This document shows positions 35,786-49,090 of a stretch of 64,000 nucleotides of DNA, piece by piece (position 1 is the first letter of the stretch; each line of letters opens with the position of its first letter). A program made the translations under genes and the position numbers. This DNA is from Lingula anatina. Lineage: Eukaryota; Animalia; Brachiopoda. The DNA lies in the NCBI GenBank assembly GCA_051362555.1, contig CM120648.1, positions 11,714,587 to 11,778,586 of the forward strand. Reading direction: 5' to 3'. The notes beneath the pieces are model-generated. The model ran no database searches. It saw nothing but the letters and a program-made list of their open reading frames with translations, and was not told the origin of the DNA.

Positions 35786-37241
35786 AGTTATGACTTTAAG
35801 TTTGCTTGTTACTGAACGGGGGAAATGCAACCTACCAACAGTAAAATGAGCATTTAATGAACTATTTTTCAGCTTGTGATTCAAATATTATGTCACAAAT
35901 GTCAAACTATTATGGACCTACAATATATTTTTGGTCAGCAACATTTTTCTGGGGAACATACGTTACGTAGTATTAGCCATGACACAAAGCCCCTTGAGTT
36001 TCAGTTTAAATATTTATAAAAACATCCTTACGTCATGTTTTATTGATCATAACTGAATCATTACGAAATATATCGGAACGCGGTATAGAATTAGAATTAA
36101 ATGCCCCGGAACATACGCTACAGGAACATACATTACCATTTAGGGCTCTTTACATAATGTAAACACATGATAAAAATTTTAAAATTAAAGTAAAATTGAG
36201 ACAGTCGTGGATCGTTGTTCTATACACATATATGTTTTTAAAAAAATTGAGTACAAATTTGAAGTCATTCAATTTTATTTTTGGACACTTCAGCATGTGA
36301 AATGCACCTCCATAGTGGGTCTGGGTGCTGAGCGTGTAATCACAGATGGTATGACCCAATCCTGTTTTGTTTCCTTCAAACTCGCACGACGGCGAAACCA
36401 CAGCAAGCGTGCAGTTTTGTTTCCCCATTCAGATTCGGACTTAGCATAATTAGTGGAGATTTCCATTGAACACGTTATGACCCGGTCACATGAATATTGA
36501 ATGAGCCTAATTAGATGGGCTATATCCGATACCCACTTTTTCATGTGTAATTCACAAAAAGAGATTTCACATGCCATCGCTGTTTAACCGCCTATTTAGG
36601 ATCACAGAGTGCTTTCCCAACTCTCAGAGTTAAGTGTACCCCTTCCTGAAATTTTTATGTGTTTACAATCTTACATTTTCCAAAATTTATGAACATAAAG
36701 CAAAATACGATGCAAGTGGAAAGCGTGCGCACAAGCTCGACGCCATGTTGAAATTTCGATGCCTATGTCCCAATCTTATTATCCAGTATCGTGGACGTGC
36801 AGAAATATATATAAAATATATATTTACTTCTCATATAGAGCGTCTCCAATGAAGCTACAGGTACCTCAATTCTGTCCAGCTCCCTCACTAGCATCACTGA
36901 ATACAAGCTATTATACAATGACATTTGACACACTGGTTTCAAACCTGTACTATTACCGAAAAAGACATAAAATGATCAACTATTAACTAGTTTCTGACAC
37001 GCTGGCTTCATGGGCAAAATATCTATACAATTCAACTCTACACTACTACCAAAAAATCCATAATTAAGATCAAATGTTTGATAGTTCCAGACATCCTGTG
37101 AAAATGTTGCCAAAAGTTTAAGAGATCTGATGGTGGTAAAAAAGGGACAAAACTGGAAAAAAGAATGCTTGTAACAACAACTTTGGATTTTTTGCCTTCC
37201 CTAGATATTGATGTATTTAATATTGTTGCACGTTTGCTTTT

Positions 37242-37505
37242 TACGATGTTTTTAGAATTTTAAACCTAATGTGTATTAGAACAAACAAAGCCATAATCAT
37301 ACGGGCAACATTTTGTTCTCCATTTCCAATAACATCATCTTGTTTCATTCAATGCATTTTTACCAGAATTTTATACGATGTTTTTAGAATTTTAAACCTA
37401 ATGTGTTTTAGAACAAACAAAGCAAGTATCATACGGGCAACATTTTGTTCTCCATTTCCAATAACATCATCTTGTTTCATTCAATGTATTTTTACCAGAA
37501 TTTTA
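37242..37505. repeat. Tandem duplication, about 132-bp period
   Basis: TACGATGTTTTTAGAATTTTAAACCTAATGTG...TTTACCAGAATTTTATA occurs twice. Confidence 0.9.
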
Positions 37506-38386
37506 TAGCTTCCTGTGTTTTTGTTCGTTTGGGACAAAAATCCAGCAAGGAAAATGTATATATTATAACCTTAAATTTTAGGACAGGTGTTATGCGGTTA
37601 TATTTACACTTTAAGCACATCGGCAAAACATTCCATTTTTATTTTACCCCGTCTTCGTGGTTGTTGTGAACATCTGACCAAGACCTCCGCGGTGAGTATT
37701 CTCTTTTTTGCGTTATTTCCAGAGGTTCTGATTAGTTATTCCATTGGTCTAAAAGGTTTCAAGTACTAAGTAACTTCTCACCAGAAAATATTCATAGTAT
37801 GGTTAAATCAAGCACTTCTTTATTTTCTATATCCGTATCTCATTCACTTTCGGGACGTGTTTTATGGGACGCCGTGATGAAAACCTCGTTTTGTCTTATC
37901 TTGTTTCGACTGCCATACTGTTTTACCTTTTTGGAGGGGAGGGGGTGAACGGAGAAGACGGTTTCTTAGAAGTTTAGGGAGGGGGTTGGTGCCATATGCT
38001 CTTTTGCCTACTGAAACTACTAACAGTGTAATTGCTCGAATATACTGTATATATGATTAACCGATTATACATTTATACATTCCTTACGTCATATGTAATA
38101 GTTTATTTTATTTAAAAGTAGTTTATTTTATTTAAAAATTGTTTAGAGTTGGATAAATTCAATGGCATAATGGCACAATCAGATAAAATTACCAATTGAT
38201 AAGAATAAGGATTTATAGATATAAAAACTAAAAAAACTAAGATAAAATCCCATTATATAAGTTAAATAGCAAAATAACGTGAAATTTTGTAAATTTTGCC
38301 AGCCAACATTGAAGTTTTCATTATGTGCAATAATAACATCAGAACAGTAATTTGGAACTATGCAAACTGGAGTGTTTTCCTTTAAG

Positions 38387-38494
38387 ATGAGACAAGTATT
38401 CATGGGTCTGGAGACCCTAGTCTTTGTTGCGTTGGTTCCGAACATTATTTGGGTTAATGGCGAATTGCAAGATCATCGAGAAGATGCAGTAAAG
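38387..38494 (+). CDS. SCP-like coding exon 1, signal-peptide-like MRQVFMGLETLVFVALVPNIIWVNG
   Basis: ATG directly after a ttttcctttaag acceptor; strong donor; candidate upstream non-coding exon ending at 37691 (GTGAGT). Confidence 0.7.
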
Positions 38495-39322
38495 GTAAGT
38501 AGTTAATGTATGCATAAATTGCTGTTCTGATGGTAGATGGTAGATATATATACATGAAGATGAAAATATGACCATTTTAGTTATAACAAATGTATGTCTT
38601 TCCTCTGTAGGCTTAAACAGTTGAGTTATTTGTTTTGCAGTATATCAATGTCTTTTAAATGAAATTTTTGAGGAAAACATTCCATATTACTTTCATTTAC
38701 ATTTTACCATTCGAAGAACTTTGCTCTCTAATTCCTTCCGATTTGATTATTAGTTGTAACAGAAATCCATAATTGACTATAGGATTTTGGACCGGGCGTA
38801 GCTTCGTCACCATGGGAAAGAAAAATGAAAGCCTGGTTTAATAAAGTGGACGTCAACGAAGACGGCCTGAACAGGCATGATTACGTCGATTTGGTCACCG
38901 AAAGAGCCCGCGTGGTACTGCCTCCATGGCGCGCCATGGCCGTGTATGGCCTGATGAGTTTGGATCCGTGGTTTCCTTTTAATAGCCTTTATTCAAGGCA
39001 GACCATACGCTTTAAAAACTGGCTTGAATATGTTAAACCTCTAATGAACACTGCGACCGATAAAAATAACCAAGTGGAATGGTGTATCGACTGGTTAAAT
39101 ATCATTGACGTTGACTGTGATGGAGAAATTTCAGCTAAAGAGTACTCGGCCTTCCTCTACATATGGAGAAACTTGCTACCACCGGAAGTACCATTTAATG
39201 CCACCGACACTGATGAGGATGGCGTCATCAGCGGCAAAGAGTTCTTTTACGGATGTGAACATTTTCTTGCCGACAAAGAGGACACTCCGGCAAGGCTTTT
39301 TTATGGCTCCCGTGAGGCCTAG
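38387..39322 (+). CDS. Sarcoplasmic calcium-binding protein (SCP)-like EF-hand protein with probable signal peptide, 215 aa
   Basis: Exons 38387-38494 (AAG|GTAAGT) and 38783-39322 (ctatag acceptor) join in frame. WERKMKAWFNKVD, EF loops DVDCDGEISAKE and DTDEDGVISGKE, and C-terminal F..DKEDTPARLFYG follow the annelid SCP pattern. Confidence 0.85.
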
Positions 39323-40310
39323 TGACGAACCATGACCGGGGATAATTAAATTATTACAACTACAAACTATTTTAATGGAAAAAAATGGTGATTGGCATAT
39401 ATGGTTATAGATAATTACTGTTTGAATCATGTCCTTTCTTTTTTCATTTTCCCATGCATGTCTGCAATAAAGCAGATTTTAAAATTTAAGATTTTTTTGT
39501 TTAAAAGTTCGAAAGATGTATTCAGTACCTACATGTATCTGCCACTGGAATTTGGATCTCTTGCCAGTCAAACGACAAAAAATTCGAGTGAGAATGACTA
39601 GTATTTCTTAGATTTCTTAAGACCGAAAATTAACCCTTAGGTTTAAAACGGTAAGTCTTCAGTGACCCAAAATAATGTGTTTTGTATTCAAACAGGAAAT
39701 GTCGCCTTGTCTTGTATAGATCGTTATCGCTCGTCTCGTTACCCCTTGTTTGTGTGTGTTTTACCGTAGACCTCATTGAACAATATGGCTACAACAAAGG
39801 CTAGATGTTACCGTTTAGAACTTTATTGAAGCGTCGATTTTGATTCGATTTATGATTAAGCGACGTCGAATTATTACACTTCTAAGTAACTGTTAAACAT
39901 TCAGGAAATCACAGGTACCAACGACAACAAGAAATAAATAAATAAAAATAAAAAGAACTTAGACTTAGAAAGCATTGTTCGGGGTGATTTTTGACTTATG
40001 GGTTGATATTCTTGGAATGACATTCATGATAAGATATGTAGATACTATATAGAAATGATGACAGCATCATTTTCTACCTGTCTACGTTATTGTAGTGTCA
40101 CTTTACTGAACGAGTTTTGATAAGAAATATGTAAGGCCCGATAAGTCAATTTACCGGCCCCGACTCAAAACCTGCAAAATCTAATTGTAGGCCTATGTTC
40201 AAATATTTTTATCTCTGCCAATGACACTTGGCCTTGTAAACACGTGTGTCAAGTTTTCAGTCTACTGTTAATATAGTGTAACATATCGAATATAACTCAA
40301 CACTCGGCTA

Positions 40311-40975
40311 CCCTCTAGCTCAGTTAGTACCACAGAGATATTTAACCAGATATCTACAGATGTCCCTCTTGTAATTCTGTGTACATATCTGTGCCGTGAC
40401 CCTGTGGTGTGACACAGGTGATACATTTGGTACAGAGCTGGTCATTATTCTATTACCACCCCTGGCACAAACCTCTACCAGAGCTAAATATTGATTTTTT
40501 ACTAGATACTCACAGATATGTCACTAGTTAAATGATGGGACTACTCTGCACTGAGACTCTGTGATGAAATTTCAAATATGATTATGACTAGTAATTGTGT
40601 GTATAACTACTCAGGCACTGCCACTTTACAAGTAACTGTCACGTCACTGTGACAGCAATCAAGGCAGTTAATTTATCTGGCATAATCACCTGCTCGTCTG
40701 TGAAAAAATAAAAATAAGCCCTTATAAAAAGTTTATTTTTATTTCAAGGTGTACATTTAGACCACGAGACTTGTTTCAGAAGGCAGGTAAGGCAAGACAG
40801 GTTGCTTAACGAACTTTTATCACATAGGCACGAAGCCCAGCACCTGCAGAGCGGATATACAATGGCATCTGCATGCGTGCAGATTTAATTGCTTCCATCT
40901 GGCCAAACGTTACTACATGTAGGTGGCGTCAGAGAAAAAAAATCATAAATTAAAACTTGCGACTCTGGTAGAGGG
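40311..40975. mobile_element. Non-autonomous TIR element with CCC ends and TA flanks
   Basis: TA|CCCTCTA ... TAGAGGG|TA; internal CACAGAGA / CTCTGTG repeats. Confidence 0.55.
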
Positions 40976-41351
40976 TACCCTGGCACCGTTCCTCCGATAG
41001 CGACCATCACAGTTAATTGCCCCATGGTCCTTTGAACACTGTAGGGCGCAGGCGCACTATACAATTTTGACTGCTCCTGTGAAAATGTTGCCCAAGGTTT
41101 TAGAGATCCGATGGTGGCAAAGAAGGAAAAAAACTGAAGACAGAAATGCTAATAACAGGAACGTAAGAATTTTTGTCTTCCCCACAGATCGTTTGTGTAT
41201 ATGAGTTGACATTTACACTGTGGTTTACTTAAATCTATCAAATCATAGGGTTTCCAACCACTGCATGGTAATACCCGTTTCTTAAAATGTTCACGAAAGA
41301 AGGAACACACGTGTTTACAATATCATCTACATTTATTGCACACATAACCAT

Positions 41352-41445
41352 ATACAGTGTCTTGAGAAGTCTTATACAGTGTCTTGAGAAGTCATATACA
41401 GTGTCTTGAGAAGTCTTTTACAGTGTCTTGAGAAGTCTTTTACAG
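41352..41445. repeat. 22-bp tandem repeat, about 4 copies
   Basis: TACAGTGTCTTGAGAAGTCTTA. Confidence 0.9.
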
Positions 41446-41681
41446 GATCTTTAAGAAGTAAAGGTCTGCTGAGACGAGTCAGCATGAACAGTGACCAATG
41501 GACAATTGTCCAGAACACTACTATGGTGGCCCGTCTGGCCAAACTCGGGCCATTCTGTGAATTGCCAACATCTTCGCTTGATCAGTGGCACAAACTAGCC
41601 AGGGGTTCAAGACAGACTTGTCATTATTACTTGATCAAAATATTTAACACTTTTTAATTTCTAAACATTTGGCTAAGTTAA

Positions 41682-42012
41682 AGGGATAACAACCATTTTT
41701 GGTTTAAAAATTGATCTTCCTGGGGTAATCAATGATTCTCCCATACTAACCAATGGTTAATAAATCCATTCTGACAGTCAGAATTACTCCATTTTTTTTC
41801 TAAAAAAGTTTGGTTATTTGCAATAATCTCTGAAGAGATTACTATAGAGGTGCAGCCACCTATGAAGGTCCATGTGGTCTGATAGCAAGCACAGATTACA
41901 GAATAACTGTGATGGCTGCTGTTTTGGTGGTAAATGGAATTTACTATATTTCAATGTTTTGTTTACAATGCATTTATTGTGACATATTTACCTCAGCAAC
42001 AGTTGCTATCCA
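41682..42012. mobile_element. Kolobok-like MITE, third copy
   Basis: TTAA|AGGGATAACAAC ... AGTTGCTATCCA|TTAA; interior similar to 3957-4293. Confidence 0.7.
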
Positions 42013-42487
42013 TTAAGGAGAAAATCCATCAACTCACAGTTATTATCCATCTTGGTGTCCAATACTATATATTATATCCATCTTTTTATCAATTTTAGGT
42101 GAAAATAAGATGTAAGGAATAAAAAAAGATATAACCATAAAATAAATACAAATAATTATTAGAAAACCTACAGTTACAATACAGAGTCAATTTAGTTCTA
42201 AAATGACAGCACATGAAAACAGCAAATCATTATAAGGATAACAACTATAATAAATAAAAACATCTGCCAGCAGTGTTGTTAGTTTTGTCAGTAAATATTA
42301 CTTAAGAAACTACAGTAAATGTAGAAACCTTAAAATATTTGTATTTGGTCACATCTTCCACTGGATTTGTTTCCTAAAGGGCATTAAAGGAGAATAAATA
42401 AAAAAAAAATTATATTTTTTAATTTAATACATTATGGCTTTGCATGTGGTTTATCCACGTTTGATAATCATTGCCTGTCATCAAAAT

Positions 42488-42612
42488 GATTCACATTTTA
42501 CATGGTGAACAGTGCAAGCCTCCTACTTCACATGTCAATTGATTCACATGCCATCTGATTCACATGTCAATCGATTCACATGCCATCTGATTCACATATC
42601 AATTGATTCACA
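42488..42612. repeat. 16-bp degenerate tandem repeat GATTCACATG...
   Basis: Seen directly. Confidence 0.75.
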
Positions 42613-44062
42613 CCCTTAAACTCAACAAACATATTTCCTCTATCTTGTGATAAAAACTTGAAAATATGTACACTAAATTCTTCAGTTTTGCAGAGACAAT
42701 AAACAATTGGCAAAAAGAAGAAAAATATTGCTTATTTGATATGACTTGATTGCCAGTATCTGACCATATTTTTTTACATTCTTTGACAGCTTTAACTGAC
42801 ACATCAGATATTAATCTCAGCACTAAAGACGTGGAGATAAATCTTAACTTTGTCACTTAGCGAGGATAATTTTTTTTCTATTGTCAAACATCTAAAGCAT
42901 TTCTTCACTCTTCTACTTAATATATACCAGACCTAGACACCAGATGTACAAACTGTATTTCAAAAATTGATCATCAAGACAGTGATGAGGAAAAAATGAG
43001 TAAAACTGCATTATTTAAAGACTTCAATAGAAGAATACGAATACAGCAGATTTATAAAATCATTCCAAAAAAGTATTGCTTGCAGCTGTATATGGCAGCA
43101 ATGGAAGAACTTGGACTTCCCAGAGAACATTTATCTGCAGAATCAAACATGATGGAAGAAATGGCATTTAAAAAAATGTGCATACCAAAAAATAATGTAC
43201 AGATGTATCTGCTACCACATACCTTTTTGTTGTAAATGAATCAGTTATAACATACAGCACATGATTATTTTGGTCACTAGTTAATAGCAGTTACAGTGTT
43301 CAACATTAAAATCATTACAAAATGGTACAAATGAAATCTAAAATATTTTGATTGATTTTAAGGCTTATTTTGGATGATCATCAATCCATGTTCCAATCTG
43401 TAATCACCAAAAAGACAAGATCAATTCGAATATCTTCAGTAAAATGAAAAATTAAGAAATAAACAAAAAATAAAGAACAATTAACAGCACATTTACATAT
43501 GGCACAACACTTTGCTTCAAAATAGAAAAAAATGGGAACCATTTCGATTTTACTTTTGATCAAATTACGAACAATACATAAATTTCCCACAGGAATCGGC
43601 ATTTTACTGTTTGATCATAAGTTATCATTGCCATGATGAAGAAATATTTAATGAAAGACAGTAAACTTGAAAATAACTGAATCTTAAGTATAAAACTGAA
43701 GTTTTAAGATACCACATGGAAGATCCTGATCATAATTAGGTTGTCAATATGTTTTTGTATATCCGTCATGGTAGTGAAATTAAGTCAGTCCTCCCTGCCC
43801 CATGAACTGATATGAGCAGAAACATCAGGCACAAACTGGCCATGTATTAATAAAACAGCACTTTTCATTGGTTGGTAATCACAATGAGCTGCCTACTTCC
43901 ATTGGCTGCTTTGGCTGGGTGTGGTGACAATTAGCCTGGTTACCATGAGTAAACATTTATGATTGACTGGAAGATCACACTGGTTGCCATGAGTCCGAGT
44001 CTCTGGCAGATCCACCATTTTAGTATGGATATGCTGAAGTTTCATTTCTTGTTCTCCGATTG

Positions 44063-44092
44063 TTATTTCTTTTCTGCCATTGATTCCCATTG
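44063..44092 (-). CDS. AFAP1: AFAP1-like terminal coding exon QWESMAEKK*
   Basis: cacttcag acceptor; WE motif resembles the vertebrate AFAP1 C-terminus (AKEWE); long AT-rich putative 3' UTR follows. Confidence 0.7.
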   Translation of the reverse strand, partial: QWESMAEKK

Positions 44093-47000
44093 CTGAAGTG
44101 ATTAAAATTAATGTAAACATAAGTTTAATTTTATTCCGATATATGCAATCTGGATGTATGATACATTAATCTTGTACTCAGAAAAGGGGGTCTAAATAAT
44201 ATAGTAAAACAAGAGAAAACTATACATTGTATACATTCCCAACATCATATGTTCATATGTACTAAGTTCCATAATAAATCTATACCAGAAAGCATATAAT
44301 GTGATGCTTGTATAAGTTGGAGCGCATACATGTCCAGAAGAGCATTTATAACTTTCATTCATATGCACCAGAAGATTCTCAAACGTCATTTTATTTTCCA
44401 TCCATACTATATTGCAGAGCAAAAGAATGCACTTGTATTTCATGTTAGGAAAAAAAAACTGTATTTAAGAAATGACTTGCTCTGTATCAAATTTGCCATA
44501 CAAATGATGCATAGATTCATTAACTGAAAAAGCAAATGGATGTACAGTTTTGTTAAGCACAGAAGATGGGAAATATTACAGATTGTATTTTACTTAACAC
44601 CATGAGACACCAAGAGAAATCAGCACCTGAACCAATTGTAAATACTACAGATACAGCAGACAACACTTCACAGGCCCACAATGCCTCATTCAAAATGGCA
44701 AAAAATTAACTTCATCATCCACAATGCAGCATTCAATATGGCACTTTTATCATTCATTTTAGGCACCCAAAGTGTCAAACATTCTTTTTATAACCCACAA
44801 AACATAATACATCTTCATTGTCAAATCATCACAAAACAGCACAAATGGATAACCGGTAATCAGGATAGGATGAAATAAGGAATTGGTTATTATTATCTAT
44901 ATTATGTTATTTATAATAAGACATGCTGAAAGTTCTTCCACCAAGTTCACGCCTTTTGTTACTTTTCTTTCACATCAGTTTGTAGCATTAATAGTGCAAT
45001 ATTGGTAAGCCGTCATAGCATCTAACATCACCGATACCAGTATCACTGTCACTGAAATTATTAGGATTAAATATGAAAAATATAAGTATTGATGATCCCA
45101 TGTTTCACTCACCCTTCTTACTGATGTAAAAGTTGCTGACTTAGGTTGCCTCTGAAAACGATTTTGAAATGGAGAGTACATCAACCACACCTTAAGATTA
45201 TAGCTTTAAAACCTAGATATTATTTTTGTACAGGCATAAAAAATAATACATTGAATATGTGTAACATTTTTCAATGTCACACATTGAATGGAATGCCTTC
45301 ATGCAGATTTATCCTGAAACATGAAGGTATACCATATCTACACTGTCAACAAAATTGGAATATGACATTTTTCCTGATTTTCTTATTAACTTTAAAGTAA
45401 AGAAGACGGTGACTGGTAAACTACAGTTGTCACAGTAAACAATATTAAATTTAGACCTCAGATCAGAAATATTATTTATAAATCATAAGTTTTCGATGGT
45501 TTTGCATAGGGTATGCCTTGGTGGGAAAAAATACATTTTGCCTGTGTGTCCATATTTTATGGGCACCCTGTATTGAAAACAGGGGAGTAGAGGGTGTGCC
45601 ATTGGTCAAATGAAGGAATTGAAATAATCAGCCTCAACTGCTGCAATGATGCATATACTGATGGGTCTAGGGGAGTTTTAAAAAGAAGCACAAGACTAAT
45701 GTAGCACATAACTCTTGACTTTCACCAAGGAAATGGGCGGGAGGTTTCAAACAATACCATTTTCTATGTAGATATAAATGCCATGCCCTGAGCTATGTAG
45801 GCATAATTCCAATACCATGCTCAATCCATTTATGGTCAAAGATATCATATGCATGCCACTCCCTTTATGGTAATCAACATGAATCAGGCATCCTTATTTG
45901 CTGACCAACATCATGCCAACTCCTTATTTGGTCATAACACTAATTCTTGGGTACCCTATCATGCCCTACTATACCCTTATATTGGCATCAATATCATGCC
46001 CTTTCCTAATATGGAAATCAGCATAACACCCTTCTTATATGGCCATTAACACTAATTTATACCATATATTGTTACTAACCAAAGCCTGAGCCTCCACTGG
46101 CTCATAGAGGTCACTGCCATCATATTCCTGTAAATAATGTGAAGCAAAATGGCATGCTGTGAGACTTTGGGCAATACTCCATCAAAAACTGGGCTAAAGC
46201 CAAGTGGGAATATAAATGTATTAATATAATCTATATTTGGTCTCATCAACATTTACTATTTTAGCCCCTATCTTTGATCGCATTCACAACCAGTTGAGCC
46301 AGGCTTTACAAATCCTGGGGACTAAATATGGCAGAAGTACATGAAACAAAAACCACCTAATCTTTTAATAGTCTCTTCGCCTCTCACACGCCTCCCCATG
46401 TGTCGTCCCAATGGAGCCGAGATTTAATGACTGTCCCCCCGCAGGGACGACGTGCCATATTTAGTCCCCAGGATTTGTAAAGCCTGGCTCAACTCGTTGT
46501 GAATGCGATCTTATACTCCATTAGCAATAGCTGCGTAATTACAAAGGAAAACTGAAAAGAAATGAATGAAAACGAGAAAACAAATAAGAGACATAGTACC
46601 TAACAAGTTCTACTTAGTTTTGGACCCTTGCTACCTGATAATCAAAATGTGGGTTAGTGTCTTCTACATTAGATAAGATGAAAAGAAATGTGGCATCTCA
46701 CCTTCAGTTTATCTTTCACAGAGATTTCAGTTGCGTTGTAACCGGATAGAGGGCGCTGGGGGTCAGCAACACCCCCAGGTAGGGTCTGGCTTCTCAGGCG
46801 CTTTTCTCTTCTCTCCGTGACTTCTGTAGACTCCGTCCTCTATAATAATCCAACATAAAATCAGTGAGATAAGACAGTCACCTTAAACAACCCCTTTCAC
46901 ATCTGTTCTAAGTTAGAACAATTCTGATCTAAAGAGCATCATCATTCAACTTATTTCATCTACGTAGGGTGTAAATATCTGGGATGGAGACAGGCCTTTA

Positions 47001-49032
47001 GAAAGTAATTTTGAATGGAGGAGGGTTTTTTAAACAATAGGTAGACTTTTCAGCCCCATAGTTCACCCAAATGCCATAAAATCTAAATTAGATTTTAATT
47101 TTGAGTGAACAATCATTTGCCAAAAGGGTGGTTCTTTTAAACCCTTCAAACTTTCCCCCTGTGGATATATTGGGCTTCAAAGCCCTACTTCACCTTATAC
47201 ACAGCATTTATAGTAGTTTGTTATATGCTTGAAACTGTTTTAACTTAGAACAGATCTGAACAGATCCATCAATACAAAATCAGTGAATGACTAAGGCTAA
47301 ATAAACACTAAAGATGTTATGAATGATTTCAACAAAATCACTTGGAATCACTGGGAATCAAACAAAATATCTTGTAACGAATTGTGCCACCTTATTTCAA
47401 AGTTTCTTTAATTAATGTAATATCACATCAAAGGTTCAGGTTCTTTGTGCTAAACAAGCAGATAAAATTTAAGTAATTGGCCACCTAATACTTCTACAAG
47501 CTACATTAAACAGACATGTTAAATACAAAAACAACATCATTTCTACAACTAATATAATTGGTAGACTACAAACATGCACCAAGACAACAAACAGTGAAAA
47601 AATAATACAAATTTACAGTGAGACACTAAGATGTCACTCCTACAACTATAGTTAATTTTATATCTCAGTATTATGAATCTTCGATGATTTGAAGATAATT
47701 CAACATCACACATGCATTCAAATTTCAGTAGTGTTGCTTTAAATTATTTTAAATGATCTAGTGAAGTCTGTGGTCATTAGAAAATTAAGTAAGAGACACA
47801 CCACATTAAGAATCAATGTTACAACAGCTCTACAATAATTAGTTTACAGTTAGCCATCTAGTCATGTGACATTTGGTCATGTGATCTTGGTCATGTGACC
47901 TACCTGTGAGAGTAAACTACTGGATAATTGCGGGTTCTGTCGAGAAACAAACAATGACATACAACTATTATCACAGATGTACAAAGATATGGTTACACAA
48001 ATTTCCCCTATTTATTTGAAAGAAAACCCAATTTTGGGTACAAAATCATTTAGGTAAAGGGTCAAGGTCACTAAACTGCTCTGACAGAACAAAATGTCCA
48101 TCACTTTATGTTTTTAACTTGCAATCTTCTTCCTTATCACAAAGTAGTAATTTTATTAAACATTTAAAGTATATTTACTGAAACACATAGATCATGAAGG
48201 TTTGGACTGGTGTACATATAATTTCTTAAGCAGATCAACCAACAAGTGCTTTTTATTTGTGAATCTGGTGAAAATTTTTCAAGCGATTCTCATTTTTTAA
48301 AAATCTAAGCACCTTTTTATAGCTTTATCTTGTATTTCAAAATCTGTTCTTACACACGCAGAAATTAATATATTTAACATACTATTTTTTTTACAAATGC
48401 ATTGGGTCTGGATCATGCTAGCACTATCATCATGGAAATTCATACAGGATTTGGATATTCTACTCTGAATTGTCACTTACATTCATAAAAGAAAAATCGA
48501 CATGCAAAAAAACGGATTTTAAAGTGTTAAAAAGCATATGACTGGAAACAGATAGAAGCCCAATGCTGAAACTAGGAAATCAGTTAGATGAAGGTTCTGC
48601 AAAAAAGGTGTCTGCAAACCCTAGGACTGAGTGGAAATGCTCCATGCAAACTACGCTTACGTAGGTGGAATGATGTAGGATACCTGGTTTGCAGTATAAG
48701 GAAAGACTTTGGGTGAAAACTAGACTAAGTCTAAACTTTTAGATCAATCATTTAGTCTACTTTCACTTAAAAAAAGAGACATAGTAACATAGTATTAACA
48801 AAATATTGCAGCTCTTAGTCTGCCTCTTTATGTGCCATCACTGGTGCGTTGTTTGACGAACGTTGATATTTTGCCAAAGGGCTCTGTTTCTATACATTGA
48901 CCAAAGGTGTCTTGTTGGACCATCATAATTGTGAAGGAAGGTCTTTCTTCGTTGTCTGTTTAACAGAGCATCTTCATCAGTAAATGAGGCTATCCAGATG
49001 AATGGCCTCTATTCTGGAGATATGCTTGCCCC

Positions 49033-49090
<58 letters not shown>

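Noticed and set aside
38825-39322. Calling the EF-hand protein a photoprotein (aequorin/obelin)
   Set aside because: The fold family is shared, but the motifs look closer to annelid SCP and photoprotein-specific residues cannot be verified without an alignment
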